This document shows positions 45,847 to 55,474 of a stretch of 64,000 nt of DNA, in pieces. Each line of letters starts with the position of its first letter. Positions within the stretch are counted from its first letter, which is position 1. Position numbers and translations under genes: made by a program. The stretch is from an uncultured virus (IMG/VR IMGVR_UViG_3300033148_004664) (lineage: Duplodnaviria; Heunggongvirae; Uroviricota; Caudoviricetes), in the IMG/VR virus record IMGVR_UViG_3300033148_004664; one strand, written 5' to 3'. The notes below the pieces were generated by a model. The model did no database searches. It had not been told where the DNA came from and worked only from the letters and a program-made list of their open reading frames with translations.

Positions 45847-48125
45847 ACTTAACATTACAGGATATTGATGCTGAGATAAAACGAAGAAATTTATTAGATG
45901 ATACTGAAGCGTATAAGTATGCTAATCGGTTCAGAAAACTTGTAGAGCCTCATAATGGCGTACTTGGTTCAACTAAAGATTACAAAAAGGCTTTTGAGGA
46001 CTTTATAGAGAGTTGTGGATATAGTAAAGATTCCGAATTTGCATCAACAGTAGCGCGTGCTACTGTAGAATTGTATCCAGATCATGAGTTTGCATCAGAT
46101 ATTAAAAAGTTTACGGAGAGTGATACTATGAATCTTGCGGTTATTGAAGCATATAAAAATCTTCCTTCGGATGCAGTTGACCCGGGCGATTATCCGAATG
46201 AATCAACTGGAGGGAAGGCGGAAGAGAAATCTAATAAAGAGAGAGCCGAAATAGGCGAGAAACAGGAACGAAAGGAGCGATCTATGGAAAGATTACACGG
46301 GCCGACGAGAGATGTTATTGCTGATGCTGTTGAGCGTGCCCGCGAATTAAAGAGCGACTTTTTGCGAACTTTTGCCGATCTTACAATTGATCTCAATACA
46401 GCGAGTGAAATTATAAGTAAGAATAAAAAGAATCCCAAGGTGAAAGCACTTCGCAAAGCGGTGAATGCATTACGTCCCGTCGCTCCAAAGGCGTATAAGT
46501 ATGCAGGCTTAATAGCAAAGCATATTGAGTCGCTGGAATCTACCGCTTCTCCTGAGGAGAAAGACGTAGACAAGGCGAATAAGGATATTGAAGAGGCTAT
46601 TGATGTCCTCGTTACCGTCAACGAGAAGGCGAAAGAAATTGAGGACGTGTTGTTCAATATCAAGGATCTTATTGATGATGTTATTCCTGATATTGATGAA
46701 GAAGAGGAAGGGGGGGAAACGTTGGATGAAGATGAACTTCCTGAGCCTGAAGATTTAGGTGAGGAAGAGGAAGAAGAGGAAGAAAAGTTAGAAGGTGAGG
46801 AGGAAGAAGAGGAAGAGAAATTAGAAGGTGAAGAGGAAGAAGAGTTACCCGAAGAGGCGTTGAAGAATGAAGAGGAAGAGGATATGTTCGGGAAACTTGT
46901 CACTACGATTAGTAAAGCACAGAAGGCATGGAAAGCGTTATCTCACATGTTCGATAAGCGCGGTTCTACTTATGATTTACCGGATGATCAAAGAGCTTAC
47001 AATACTGATGTAACTGATTATCCGAACGAATCCACGTACAGAGCGGCTGAGAATGCTTCTAATGCGCAGCGTGCGGAAAAGGGTCGTAAAAATATCGAGC
47101 GCGAAAATGCTGGAGATTATACGACTTCTCCTGGTGCTATTCAGGATGTTCGTAAAATCCGAGCGCATTTCGTGCCAGGTGTCAATGCGGCTACGAGTTG
47201 TTATGTAGTTACGGTTGATGATATTCCTGTGTTTAAAGCTTCGTATAAGGACGTGGCGGGAGATCAGATGCATGTGAAAGCTAATTGGGAAACGTTTCTT
47301 TCCGATGAATACCGTAAGGAGATAGAGGATACTGTGAAGACGCGAGGTATTGAAGCTACAGTGGAAGAGATGGAAGGAACGTTACTCCGTACTTCCGCTC
47401 AGAAGGAGCTTTGGTCTCGAAAGATTAAGCATGAGGCTGTCAAGGATAAGAACAAAGTTAAGAAATATTACACTGACGCTTATGGAGATTCTTCTTATGC
47501 CAATGAAATGGTTAAAGATAAGAAGAAAACCAAAGACGTCAAGGCTTCTGTTATCGAACGTCTCAAGGCTGAGAACAGAGAACTCAGACAGAAAGAGGTT
47601 TTACGTGCGAAGGCTAAACGGGCGATTTCTGTCGCACGGAAAATTTCTGCTATAAGATCTGTACCGATGACTACAGCTGAGATAAAAGATGAAGTCAGAA
47701 AATTCATGACTATGAATGATCGTGATTTCAAGATTTTATCCGAGACTATTGATAAACTTGCAAGGGAAGTTCCTGAGCAAAGTGGTATTGTGCATAACAC
47801 TCCGGTAGGAGTTGAAACGCCTTATAATTCGAATGGCAATCTTGAGCAGGTTACCGAAGCCGAAAATGTACCGAAAGAGGTGACTAACTCTGCCAAGAAT
47901 CCTGAGAATGTCGTCACGCCTCCTGATGTGCAGGCGTTTATGTCAAGCAATAGAACGAGACCGAGTACGACTGGGGTTATTCCGCAGGTCAAGACTGCAT
48001 CGGCGGTTGGTAGTGGTATCAACAAACTTGCTGATATGTTTACTACTACTCCGAACAAGTTGAGACGGCTTGGTTTCTCTGAAGAAGAAATTGCCAAGTT
48101 TAACTATCGAGTTAAGCGTCATTAA
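45843..48125 (+). CDS. Scaffold / internal head protein
   Basis: Between protease and capsid genes; poly-Glu tract, coiled coils, duplicated DYPNEST motif. Confidence 0.6.
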   Translation: MNLTLQDIDAEIKRRNLLDDTEAYKYANRFRKLVEPHNGVLGSTKDYKKAFEDFIESCGYSKDSEFASTVARATVELYPDHEFASDIKKFTESDTMNLAVIEAYKNLPSDAVDPGDYPNESTGGKAEEKSNKERAEIGEKQERKERSMERLHGPTRDVIADAVERARELKSDFLRTFADLTIDLNTASEIISKNKKNPKVKALRKAVNALRPVAPKAYKYAGLIAKHIESLESTASPEEKDVDKANKDIEEAIDVLVTVNEKAKEIEDVLFNIKDLIDDVIPDIDEEEEGGETLDEDELPEPEDLGEEEEEEEEKLEGEEEEEEEKLEGEEEEELPEEALKNEEEEDMFGKLVTTISKAQKAWKALSHMFDKRGSTYDLPDDQRAYNTDVTDYPNESTYRAAENASNAQRAEKGRKNIERENAGDYTTSPGAIQDVRKIRAHFVPGVNAATSCYVVTVDDIPVFKASYKDVAGDQMHVKANWETFLSDEYRKEIEDTVKTRGIEATVEEMEGTLLRTSAQKELWSRKIKHEAVKDKNKVKKYYTDAYGDSSYANEMVKDKKKTKDVKASVIERLKAENRELRQKEVLRAKAKRAISVARKISAIRSVPMTTAEIKDEVRKFMTMNDRDFKILSETIDKLAREVPEQSGIVHNTPVGVETPYNSNGNLEQVTEAENVPKEVTNSAKNPENVVTPPDVQAFMSSNRTRPSTTGVIPQVKTASAVGSGINKLADMFTTTPNKLRRLGFSEEEIAKFNYRVKRH
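46757..46845 (+). repeat. Coding tandem repeat (GEEEEEEE[E]KLE)n
   Basis: About 2.5 copies of a 33-36 nt unit. Confidence 0.8.
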
Positions 48126-48147
48126 TAAAGAAAGGTAGGTGCAAATA

Positions 48148-48606
48148 ATGGCTAAAGTTGTTCGTAAATTTTCTGGTTATATGGATACGTTCGATGTGGC
48201 TTCTGGAACTGTTGATACCGGATGGGAGCCTGGTAATATTGCCACGTTGGATACCAACGGCGAATTAGCTTTATATACGGGAAGTGGCAGTACGTATCCA
48301 ATCGGATTTATTATAGATGATGAGGATGAGCTTGCTCAGCCTCCCGAGGGTTACAAGGTTACCGTTATGCATGGTAACGGTCGCCTGCAGATAGACGCTG
48401 AGGATGCGTCCGATGCTGACAACGTGTTTGTGGGGGTTGGAAGTTTCGTTCCCGGTCAGCTTGTTTATGCGACTACTACTGGGAAGATTACTCCTCATTA
48501 TAATGCTTCTGAAGATCAGTATTCCGGTTCTGTGGCTGTTGGCAAGTGTGTTGAGGCACCGAGTGCCGACAACGGTTATGTGTTAGACTTAATCTGTTCA
48601 CTTTGA
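48148..48606 (+). CDS. Capsid decoration/stabilising protein
   Basis: Small beta-rich protein directly before the capsid gene; shares AGAAAGGTAGGTGCAA initiation region with it. Confidence 0.65.
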   Translation: MAKVVRKFSGYMDTFDVASGTVDTGWEPGNIATLDTNGELALYTGSGSTYPIGFIIDDEDELAQPPEGYKVTVMHGNGRLQIDAEDASDADNVFVGVGSFVPGQLVYATTTGKITPHYNASEDQYSGSVAVGKCVEAPSADNGYVLDLICSL

Positions 48607-48654
48607 TGTGAACCGATTAAGATTTTAGATAGATTAGAAAGGTAGGTGCAACAA

Positions 48655-49611
48655 ATGTCTAAAGTGAAGAAAGCAAGTGCCCGTGATGTCGAGATTGCGG
48701 AGAAGCGTCTTACGTCTCAAGGTGCTATTCCCGATTCCATTCCGTATCAGCAGTATGCGGATGCTGATGCTATTGACGAAGAGATCTGGCAGTCGATGCT
48801 GACGGAAGCGGGAAGGCGTGCTATCGGGGCACAGATGGCGGTTCCTATCAGAACGCAGCTTGACTATCAGGGTGTCTGTCGTAAATTCTTCGAAATTGAT
48901 GAATTAAAGCCTGGCGAGATTGCTCGCTATGATAAGGATGTTGACGCTGTCGCCGTTACTGTGGCGAAGCGTGGTGATTCTATTGAATATATTTGGGAAG
49001 GCGAGTATGTTGAGCCGGCGACTTGGGAAATATTTGCTCCTTGGTCGGTTCGTCTTTCTGAATTAAACAAACGCCGGTTTGATGTTCTCAATAGAGGACA
49101 AGAGAAAATGAGGATTAAGTTACAGGAGGAAGAGGATGAGCAGTTCTTAACGTTGGCGGCTGCTACTGTTGCCGCTAATACTGCGAACAATCCTTTACAG
49201 ACTTCTACTAATGGAGTTACGAAGGATTTCCTCAACAAGATCGCCTCACAGGTGCAGAAGTGGGATCTTCCAGCGGCTTATTTCCTCATGCATTTCACGG
49301 CGTTTAAGGATATTCGGGGTTGGACTAATACCGATCTCGATCAGGTTACGATGCGCGAGTTGTTAGAGACGGGGATTTACGGTAATATTTGGGGTATTGA
49401 TATTATCGTGTCCCGTAAGGTTCCTACTAACACCGTGTATTGTATTACCGAGCCGAGGTTCTTTGGTGTTATGCCTATCAGGACTGACGTTATGGTTATG
49501 CCTGATGACAAGCCAAGGAGTGCTCAGATCGGTTATGTTGCTTATGAGGAAATCGGGATGTCTATAATTAATTCTAATGGAATTGCTTATGGCACCTTCA
49601 CTTATTCTTGA
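48655..49611 (+). CDS. Major capsid protein (HK97 fold)
   Basis: About 318 aa; IGAQMAVPIRTQLDYQG, GNIWGIDIIVS..VP, GYVAYEEIG; position in the module. Confidence 0.85.
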   Translation: MSKVKKASARDVEIAEKRLTSQGAIPDSIPYQQYADADAIDEEIWQSMLTEAGRRAIGAQMAVPIRTQLDYQGVCRKFFEIDELKPGEIARYDKDVDAVAVTVAKRGDSIEYIWEGEYVEPATWEIFAPWSVRLSELNKRRFDVLNRGQEKMRIKLQEEEDEQFLTLAAATVAANTANNPLQTSTNGVTKDFLNKIASQVQKWDLPAAYFLMHFTAFKDIRGWTNTDLDQVTMRELLETGIYGNIWGIDIIVSRKVPTNTVYCITEPRFFGVMPIRTDVMVMPDDKPRSAQIGYVAYEEIGMSIINSNGIAYGTFTYS

Positions 49612-49639
49612 TAAGCATGATTTTTCTCCTTGTGAACAT

Positions 49640-49682
49640 GGGGGCGTGGGCGTTTAATTACATCGCCCCGCCCTCTTTTATT
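49640..49682 (+). terminator. Terminator after the capsid gene
   Basis: GGGCGTGGGCG...CGCCCCGCCC followed by TCTTTTATT. Confidence 0.65.
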
Positions 49683-49712
49683 AATTTACGTTAAAAGAAA
49701 GGACTTCAAAAA

Positions 49713-50276
49713 ATGAACACGAAGAAAAAAACGCGGGACGCAAAAACTACTATTCCAGATTGGGTGATTGCAAAACCTGGAGTGGAACCTACAATAACAT
49801 TTGAAGATGGTAGAACGTTGACAGTTACTCCTTATGAACCTTTGCACATAGGAGCGATTTATTCCAAAACGGAATTAAAGAAGTGTAGATCTTTATTATA
49901 TTATCTTGACAAAGGTTTAATTTTGCCTTATAAAAAAGGAATGGAAACCCAACGACCTTCCGCACCTTTGAATACATATAATTTCACGACAACGGTTAAA
50001 GGTAAAACTACTGTTCGTGCGAAAGCTAAAAAAGTAGGGGAAAGTTATGTGTATGAAGTTGATGTTCCTGAAGAAGTAAAAGAAAAAATAAAGGATGTAA
50101 CGGCCGAAGCACGAAGTAAATTGGAATCCGAATATGAATCTTTATATTCAAACGAAGAACCGAAAGTAGATAATCCGCGTATAAAAGAATTTATTGGTAA
50201 AGAAGAAGCTATGAAGCACATACAAGAGTTAGCAAAGAAAAGACGTGAAAAAGAACAGCAAATGATAATAGAATGA
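49713..50276 (+). CDS. Hypothetical virion-module protein
   Basis: 187 aa after the capsid gene. Confidence 0.65.
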   Translation: MNTKKKTRDAKTTIPDWVIAKPGVEPTITFEDGRTLTVTPYEPLHIGAIYSKTELKKCRSLLYYLDKGLILPYKKGMETQRPSAPLNTYNFTTTVKGKTTVRAKAKKVGESYVYEVDVPEEVKEKIKDVTAEARSKLESEYESLYSNEEPKVDNPRIKEFIGKEEAMKHIQELAKKRREKEQQMIIE

Positions 50277-50287
50277 GGAGGTTGAAA

Positions 50288-50464
50288 ATGCCGAGATTTG
50301 ATGGTACTGGTCCATTGGGCGAAGGCCCGCGTACAGGGCGTGGATTAGGAAAATGTCCTGTAAATATTGAAGATGATAGAGTTGTTCCTTCTACTTTTCC
50401 TCGCGGGGAATTCAGACGTTTTCCGGGAAGAGGAATAGGAAGGCGTGTACGTAGAAATAGATAG
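50288..50464 (+). CDS. DUF5320-like Gly/Arg-rich protein
   Basis: MPRFDGTGPLGEGPRTGRGLGKC signature. Confidence 0.75.
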   Translation: MPRFDGTGPLGEGPRTGRGLGKCPVNIEDDRVVPSTFPRGEFRRFPGRGIGRRVRRNR

Positions 50465-50486
50465 AATCAAGGAGTGAGAATGTATT

Positions 50487-50834
50487 ATGTCTGTTAATAG
50501 TTTAGACGGTACAAGACCTGCTGAGGATATTTATTTGGCTAAAGCGGGTGGTGGAAGAGTCGTTGTCTTTCGCTCGGAAGATTATGATCCATTGACAAGC
50601 GGTTCAAGTCAGCATTTATCTTTCGGACCGGATAGAATTTCCGGTTCAAGTTCAATAGTGCTTCACAACAGAACTGCTTACGGTGGTGCGAATATATATT
50701 TTCTAATTGACGGGGATGAAACAGTAGTTCTCACCCCGGGTGAAAGCTTGACTATTCCACATGGATGGGCGTCCGGTTGCGTTGTTTTACCAGATAATGA
50801 TAATCCTTCATGGCAGGTAATTATTACCAAGTAA
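50487..50834 (+). CDS. Putative small structural protein
   Basis: Beta-rich; LTPGESLTI. Confidence 0.55.
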   Translation: MSVNSLDGTRPAEDIYLAKAGGGRVVVFRSEDYDPLTSGSSQHLSFGPDRISGSSSIVLHNRTAYGGANIYFLIDGDETVVLTPGESLTIPHGWASGCVVLPDNDNPSWQVIITK

Positions 50835-50863
50835 TTATTACCAAGTAATTAATTAAAGGGGTT

Positions 50864-52117
50864 TTGAATATGAAGAAATTATATTTCATAAGTGTTTTAA
50901 TATTCAGTCTTATTGTAATCGTTACAGGTTATCTGCCTGAATCGAAATCACAAATAGGTCATAGAAAAACATTACCGGATGAATTGGATGCATGGGGATA
51001 TGTGCGAACAGCTACAGATACTACATTTGTTCGTGCTTCAGGTGATACGATGACAGGTGCTTTGACTCTGCCCGGTGATCCTACAGAAATATTACATGCT
51101 GTTACGCGGGAATATGTAGATAAAGCTGTAGCTACATTAGGAACATATTATTATATGACAGATACCGATTCGGGAATAGAGGATTACAAGCTCACCCAAA
51201 CAAGTGCACCTTCGGGGGTTACACAATCTTATGTAAAGAGTAATTTATCTGACGATGATTATATTTTAGGTTGGATTTCTTCTGAACAAGGATTGCCTAA
51301 TAAATTAATCGCTGGAGTATATGATTGGAGGGTATATGCTCGTAAATCTTCAGGTAATCAAACATTACGATTGTATTGGAAAATGATTGAAAGGAAAGCT
51401 GATAGTACGGAAGTTATAATCGCTACATCTATCAACAGTAATGAGATTTTAAGTGAAAATCAATCTTATGTTCTTCCAATTGCTCTTTCAGAAGATTATA
51501 CGATAGCTTCCGATTCATATATTGTGGGGAAGATATACGCGGATGTTTCTGGTTCTGGTAACGCACCAGAAATAACGTTGTACTATGAAGGAGATTCGGA
51601 TTCTCATTGGTCAATACCGACAAATAATGAAATATTAAGTGATCAATTTGTAAATGCTTCTGGAGATACAATGAGCGGCGATCTCGTTGTTGATACAATT
51701 GTAAGTGCAAATAATTTCCAGATAGATGAAACACCAGCAAGTTCAGGTTCTTACAGTGGTTTGATTTCAAATGGAACTGTCGGCGAAAATGTAACGCAAT
51801 TTACATTGTTGCATGTACATAGTGATGGGAAATATATCAAAGCAGATGCTGATTTATCAACAACTATGCCTGCTGTTGCGTTGGCTGCCGAAAGTATAAG
51901 TGCGAATAATAGTGGAGTAATTATATTAGAGGGATACTGTAGAAACGATTCATGGAGTTGGACACCTGGGGAGTTTTTATATGTCAGCACAGCTTCTGGA
52001 GCAATAACCGCTACGAGACCGAGTGGTAGTGGTGATCAAGTACAAGTTATCGGATATGCAGTATCTTCTACTGTTATATATTTCAAACCTGATTTAACTC
52101 TTGTGGAGATACAATGA
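50864..52117 (+). CDS. Fibre-like protein with an N-terminal signal/TM segment
   Basis: Twice FVxASGDTMxGxL; HAVTREYVD; C-terminal capsid-fibre-like domain (PGEFLYVSTASGAITAT.P). Confidence 0.6.
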   Translation: MNMKKLYFISVLIFSLIVIVTGYLPESKSQIGHRKTLPDELDAWGYVRTATDTTFVRASGDTMTGALTLPGDPTEILHAVTREYVDKAVATLGTYYYMTDTDSGIEDYKLTQTSAPSGVTQSYVKSNLSDDDYILGWISSEQGLPNKLIAGVYDWRVYARKSSGNQTLRLYWKMIERKADSTEVIIATSINSNEILSENQSYVLPIALSEDYTIASDSYIVGKIYADVSGSGNAPEITLYYEGDSDSHWSIPTNNEILSDQFVNASGDTMSGDLVVDTIVSANNFQIDETPASSGSYSGLISNGTVGENVTQFTLLHVHSDGKYIKADADLSTTMPAVALAAESISANNSGVIILEGYCRNDSWSWTPGEFLYVSTASGAITATRPSGSGDQVQVIGYAVSSTVIYFKPDLTLVEIQ

Positions 52118-53649
52118 GACGACGTGATTTTATAAAAGTATTTGGATTAACACCTGTTGCATTTCGTAATGCACTTGCAGCACAAGATTATGAGTTCCTT
52201 GCGAGCAAGCTCGGTATTGCGAAAGTAACAGACGAAAAGAAACGCGTAACGGATACCGTTGTATTACGACATCTTGCAAGGCACGGTGTGAATAAAGACT
52301 ATGTCGAATTTGACGACGATTACACGCGGAGGCCGTTCTGCAAAGGCTACAGAGATTTGGTGACGGGCAAGCGCATCCTCGTCTCTTCAGGGCTTCCAAT
52401 GCGCCGTCTTGACGACGGAAGCAAGATTGTCCCTCGCTTTGAAAGAAGCGGCAGCCGTTTCTATATCGGTAACAACCTCTTCGATGGCGTCGTAGAAGGG
52501 AACAGAATTACCCTCGTCGCCAACAACGACCAGCCTAACGGGGTGAAGAAAGGTGACGAACTTATTTGGCAATCCCGACTTTTCATCGGCGGTGTAGAAT
52601 ACGAACCGCTTTCTTATACACCTACGCTTCTCGAAACCGACCCAATAAACAGCAACTATACATGGAACGTCCTCGAATGGGACTACGGTGTTTGCAAGCG
52701 ACGTTTGCGCGTGATTGAGGGCAGGCTGCGTAGCTGGTGGACGTTCAGCGAGCCGCCTGGCGGAAACATCTCGATTGTTCATAACAAGGAAGGGAAGGGA
52801 GAACTCAAGCTCGGTTTCGCGCATGGTGCGAGTGGAACACCTATTGCTATTCTCGTTGACGACGATATTGAGGTGGTGACTGTTGAGTCTTTCTCGAAAG
52901 CTACTTTCCCGCTTATCGTTGGAGACGGCGCGACGTTTTATCCTGACGCCGACCCGGAGACGAGTAGCGTTGATGGATATGTGCTTCATTATAAGAGTAC
53001 AGGTACTTCACTCTCAGTTCTTCGTTCTGGCGGTGGTACAGGAGCAGCAGATGACATCTCTGAACCGATACAGATTGCGGGAATATATTATACAAGCGCA
53101 TATGGATATATAGGATTATATCGAGGAGTTTTTCTTTTTGATACATCTACTCTTAATGGAGCGTCTGTTGATGCGACGACACTTTCTTTGTTTATAACCT
53201 CTCAGGGAAGTACGACTGGTTTTCCGTATCGTAAATTCGGTATATATAGTAGCAACCCAGCAAATAATACATATTTAACCGCATCAGACTACTATTATGC
53301 CACACATTTTGGTAGTACGGCATTTGCTGTACGGGATAGTTTTAGTATCCCTTACTATAATGATTTCTCACTTGATGCTAATGGTATAGCTAACATAAAT
53401 GCTACTGGCATTTCCAAATTCGGTGTGCGAGAAGTTTATTATGACCAACAAGCGCATGACCCACCTTCTCCAGCAGAATACGGCCCGCTTTTAAAAGGTT
53501 ATTATTCTGAAAAAGGTTCTGGCTACAAACCCAAACTCACAATCACGTACACACCTTCTGGTTGGCCTCACAGAATCTCTGGCATAGAGCCAGCGAAAGT
53601 GATGGGCATTGATAAATCGAATATCAAAAGTATTTTAGGAGTGGAATAA
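52114..53649 (+). CDS. Beta-rich protein with a Tat-like signal and DNRLRE-like C-terminal domain
   Basis: MRRRDFIK...ALA; RGVFLFDTS...ATTLSL...KPKLTITY. Confidence 0.6.
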   Translation: MRRRDFIKVFGLTPVAFRNALAAQDYEFLASKLGIAKVTDEKKRVTDTVVLRHLARHGVNKDYVEFDDDYTRRPFCKGYRDLVTGKRILVSSGLPMRRLDDGSKIVPRFERSGSRFYIGNNLFDGVVEGNRITLVANNDQPNGVKKGDELIWQSRLFIGGVEYEPLSYTPTLLETDPINSNYTWNVLEWDYGVCKRRLRVIEGRLRSWWTFSEPPGGNISIVHNKEGKGELKLGFAHGASGTPIAILVDDDIEVVTVESFSKATFPLIVGDGATFYPDADPETSSVDGYVLHYKSTGTSLSVLRSGGGTGAADDISEPIQIAGIYYTSAYGYIGLYRGVFLFDTSTLNGASVDATTLSLFITSQGSTTGFPYRKFGIYSSNPANNTYLTASDYYYATHFGSTAFAVRDSFSIPYYNDFSLDANGIANINATGISKFGVREVYYDQQAHDPPSPAEYGPLLKGYYSEKGSGYKPKLTITYTPSGWPHRISGIEPAKVMGIDKSNIKSILGVE

Positions 53650-53748
53650 AATAAATAGAAATAAAATATTTGCTTTTATAAAGTATTTATATTAATTGAT
53701 ATTAGATGAACGTAATTATAATTAATTTCAAACAAGGAGGTTATTTTC

Positions 53749-54051
53749 ATGATTAATCAGTTTATTGGCTTAATTGTTGTTGCTATTTTAGTTGAGGCGA
53801 TAACTTCTATACTTTACAGTATCAAACCGATAAAGATATTGGATCGGTTTATTCCTTGGTTGCCTTTACAGGTTGTGATTGCTATTTGTTTGGGGATAGC
53901 AATTTGTTTCAAGGTTGGGATTGACGTTTTACGAGTCGCATTTCAGGTTGATAGTTCGACATTCGGGTATGTCGTTACGGGAATTCTTGTGTCGAGAGGT
54001 TCCAATTATTTACATGATATAGTTGAAAAGATTCAAGGTGCAGGAAAATGA
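53749..54051 (+). CDS. Holin-like membrane protein
   Basis: Three TM segments; TGILVSRGSNYLHD; upstream of the endolysin. Confidence 0.7.
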   Translation: MINQFIGLIVVAILVEAITSILYSIKPIKILDRFIPWLPLQVVIAICLGIAICFKVGIDVLRVAFQVDSSTFGYVVTGILVSRGSNYLHDIVEKIQGAGK

Positions 54052-54431
54052 TGGTGATAAAGACTATGGAAAACTGGGCATTAGTAGTATTCGGTGGTTT
54101 AATGTCGCTCGCGGCTGCAATATTGAAAGCACCCGCGTTGTTTAGACGTAATGGTAATGGAAACAGTAAAAAGACTTTTACTATTGATGATTGCAGGCAA
54201 CAGCAACAAGTAGTAAAAGAATTGTTTCAATCCGAGATGAGAATTTTATCAGAGCATATCAATATGATTGATGAACGGAGACTTTCTGCTGTGAATTTAT
54301 TAGAGACTCATGTAGATCATATTCGAGAACGGGTTGACTCTTTAGATAAAAAAGTAGAACACCTGCAATCTCAATCACAATCGATAGAATCACGAACACT
54401 TGAAATTTTGAATCATTTAAAGAGTCGGTAA
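54048..54431 (+). CDS. Single-TM coiled-coil lysis-module protein
   Basis: N-terminal TM plus coiled coil, between holin and amidase. Confidence 0.55.
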   Translation: MMVIKTMENWALVVFGGLMSLAAAILKAPALFRRNGNGNSKKTFTIDDCRQQQQVVKELFQSEMRILSEHINMIDERRLSAVNLLETHVDHIRERVDSLDKKVEHLQSQSQSIESRTLEILNHLKSR

Positions 54432-54433
54432 AA

Positions 54434-55054
54434 ATGAAAGTCGAACATTACACGAGTCCTAATCACGATTCCCGTAAAGGGAAGCAACCGTTTATCTTTG
54501 TTGTGCATTATACTGGTTCATTGAATGTAGCGGGAACATTGGACTGGTTTTCAAGATCGGAATCTAAGGTTTCTGCACACGAAGTAATAGATTTCGACGG
54601 TACAAGATATTTGGTTGTACCTAAATCAGAACGTGCATGGCATGCGGGTAGATCAATTTTCTACGGGAAAGACTATCCTGAAGGATTAAAAAATATTAAT
54701 GCATATTCGTTTGGTTTTGAACTTGTCGGTAATTACGGCACGGAATTTACAACCGAACAATATGCGTCGTTATCAAAAGCTATTATAGATATTTTAGGGG
54801 ATAATAATTTTCCTGAAGCTACTGTTGACCAATTATGGGGATGTATAGTGGGGCATGAACATATTGCACCGAGACGGAAAATAGACCCCGGGCCTACTTT
54901 TGATTGGGGAAAACTATTCGAATACATTAAAAATGATGTCAGAATGATTTTGGGTAAAAAAGTAATATTGCCCGGGATATGTATTCCTCCTATTATTTGG
55001 TATTTACGAAAACAGTACAACAAAGATCGTCGTTTGGGAATAAGGTGTTTATAG
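54434..55054 (+). CDS. N-acetylmuramoyl-L-alanine amidase (Amidase_2 endolysin)
   Basis: VHYT, SAH, AWHAG, GFELVG, GHEHIAPRRKIDPG. Confidence 0.9.
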   Translation: MKVEHYTSPNHDSRKGKQPFIFVVHYTGSLNVAGTLDWFSRSESKVSAHEVIDFDGTRYLVVPKSERAWHAGRSIFYGKDYPEGLKNINAYSFGFELVGNYGTEFTTEQYASLSKAIIDILGDNNFPEATVDQLWGCIVGHEHIAPRRKIDPGPTFDWGKLFEYIKNDVRMILGKKVILPGICIPPIIWYLRKQYNKDRRLGIRCL

Positions 55055-55462
55055 ATGAATTACTTTAATTTTGAAAATCCAGATGATATAGTTTCGGAGT
55101 ACAGTAACAACCAGGAATGGTTCGTTGGTAGATGTATTGAATCTTTCGATATTGAAGGTGTTGTCTGTCAATTCGAATCTTTTATTAATGAAGAGGAAGA
55201 AACGGATGAAGTTATTGTGGATGTAATCGGTTCGATTGAAGATGCATTACGTTTAATTGGCTATAGTGATGATGATATTGATGATGATCTCTATACTTAC
55301 ACGATGGTTGATTTCTTCGAGGAATGTGCGTGGGATTACTACAGAATTGTATCGGATGAATTAAATAAGTTGTTACAGGAAGATTTTGATATTACGAATG
55401 TTTATTTTGAATTCGGTTGGAACGAAGACGAATGGGTGTTATACTTAAAAAGATATAATTGA
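55055..55462 (+). CDS. Highly acidic small protein
   Basis: About 37 D/E versus 6 K/R in 135 aa (hand count). Confidence 0.7.
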   Translation: MNYFNFENPDDIVSEYSNNQEWFVGRCIESFDIEGVVCQFESFINEEEETDEVIVDVIGSIEDALRLIGYSDDDIDDDLYTYTMVDFFEECAWDYYRIVSDELNKLLQEDFDITNVYFEFGWNEDEWVLYLKRYN

Positions 55463-55474
55463 GGTGTTATATAA

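Noticed and set aside
46190..46903. 237-aa minus-strand poly-Ser ORF
   Set aside because: It is the antisense mirror of the poly-Glu tract in 45843; no independent coding evidence.
50817..50851. 14-nt tandem repeat GTAATTATTACCAA
   Set aside because: A simple local duplication across a stop codon with no evident function.
52387..52989. 200-aa minus-strand ORF
   Set aside because: A shadow of the GC-richer part of 52114; no recognisable motifs or RBS.
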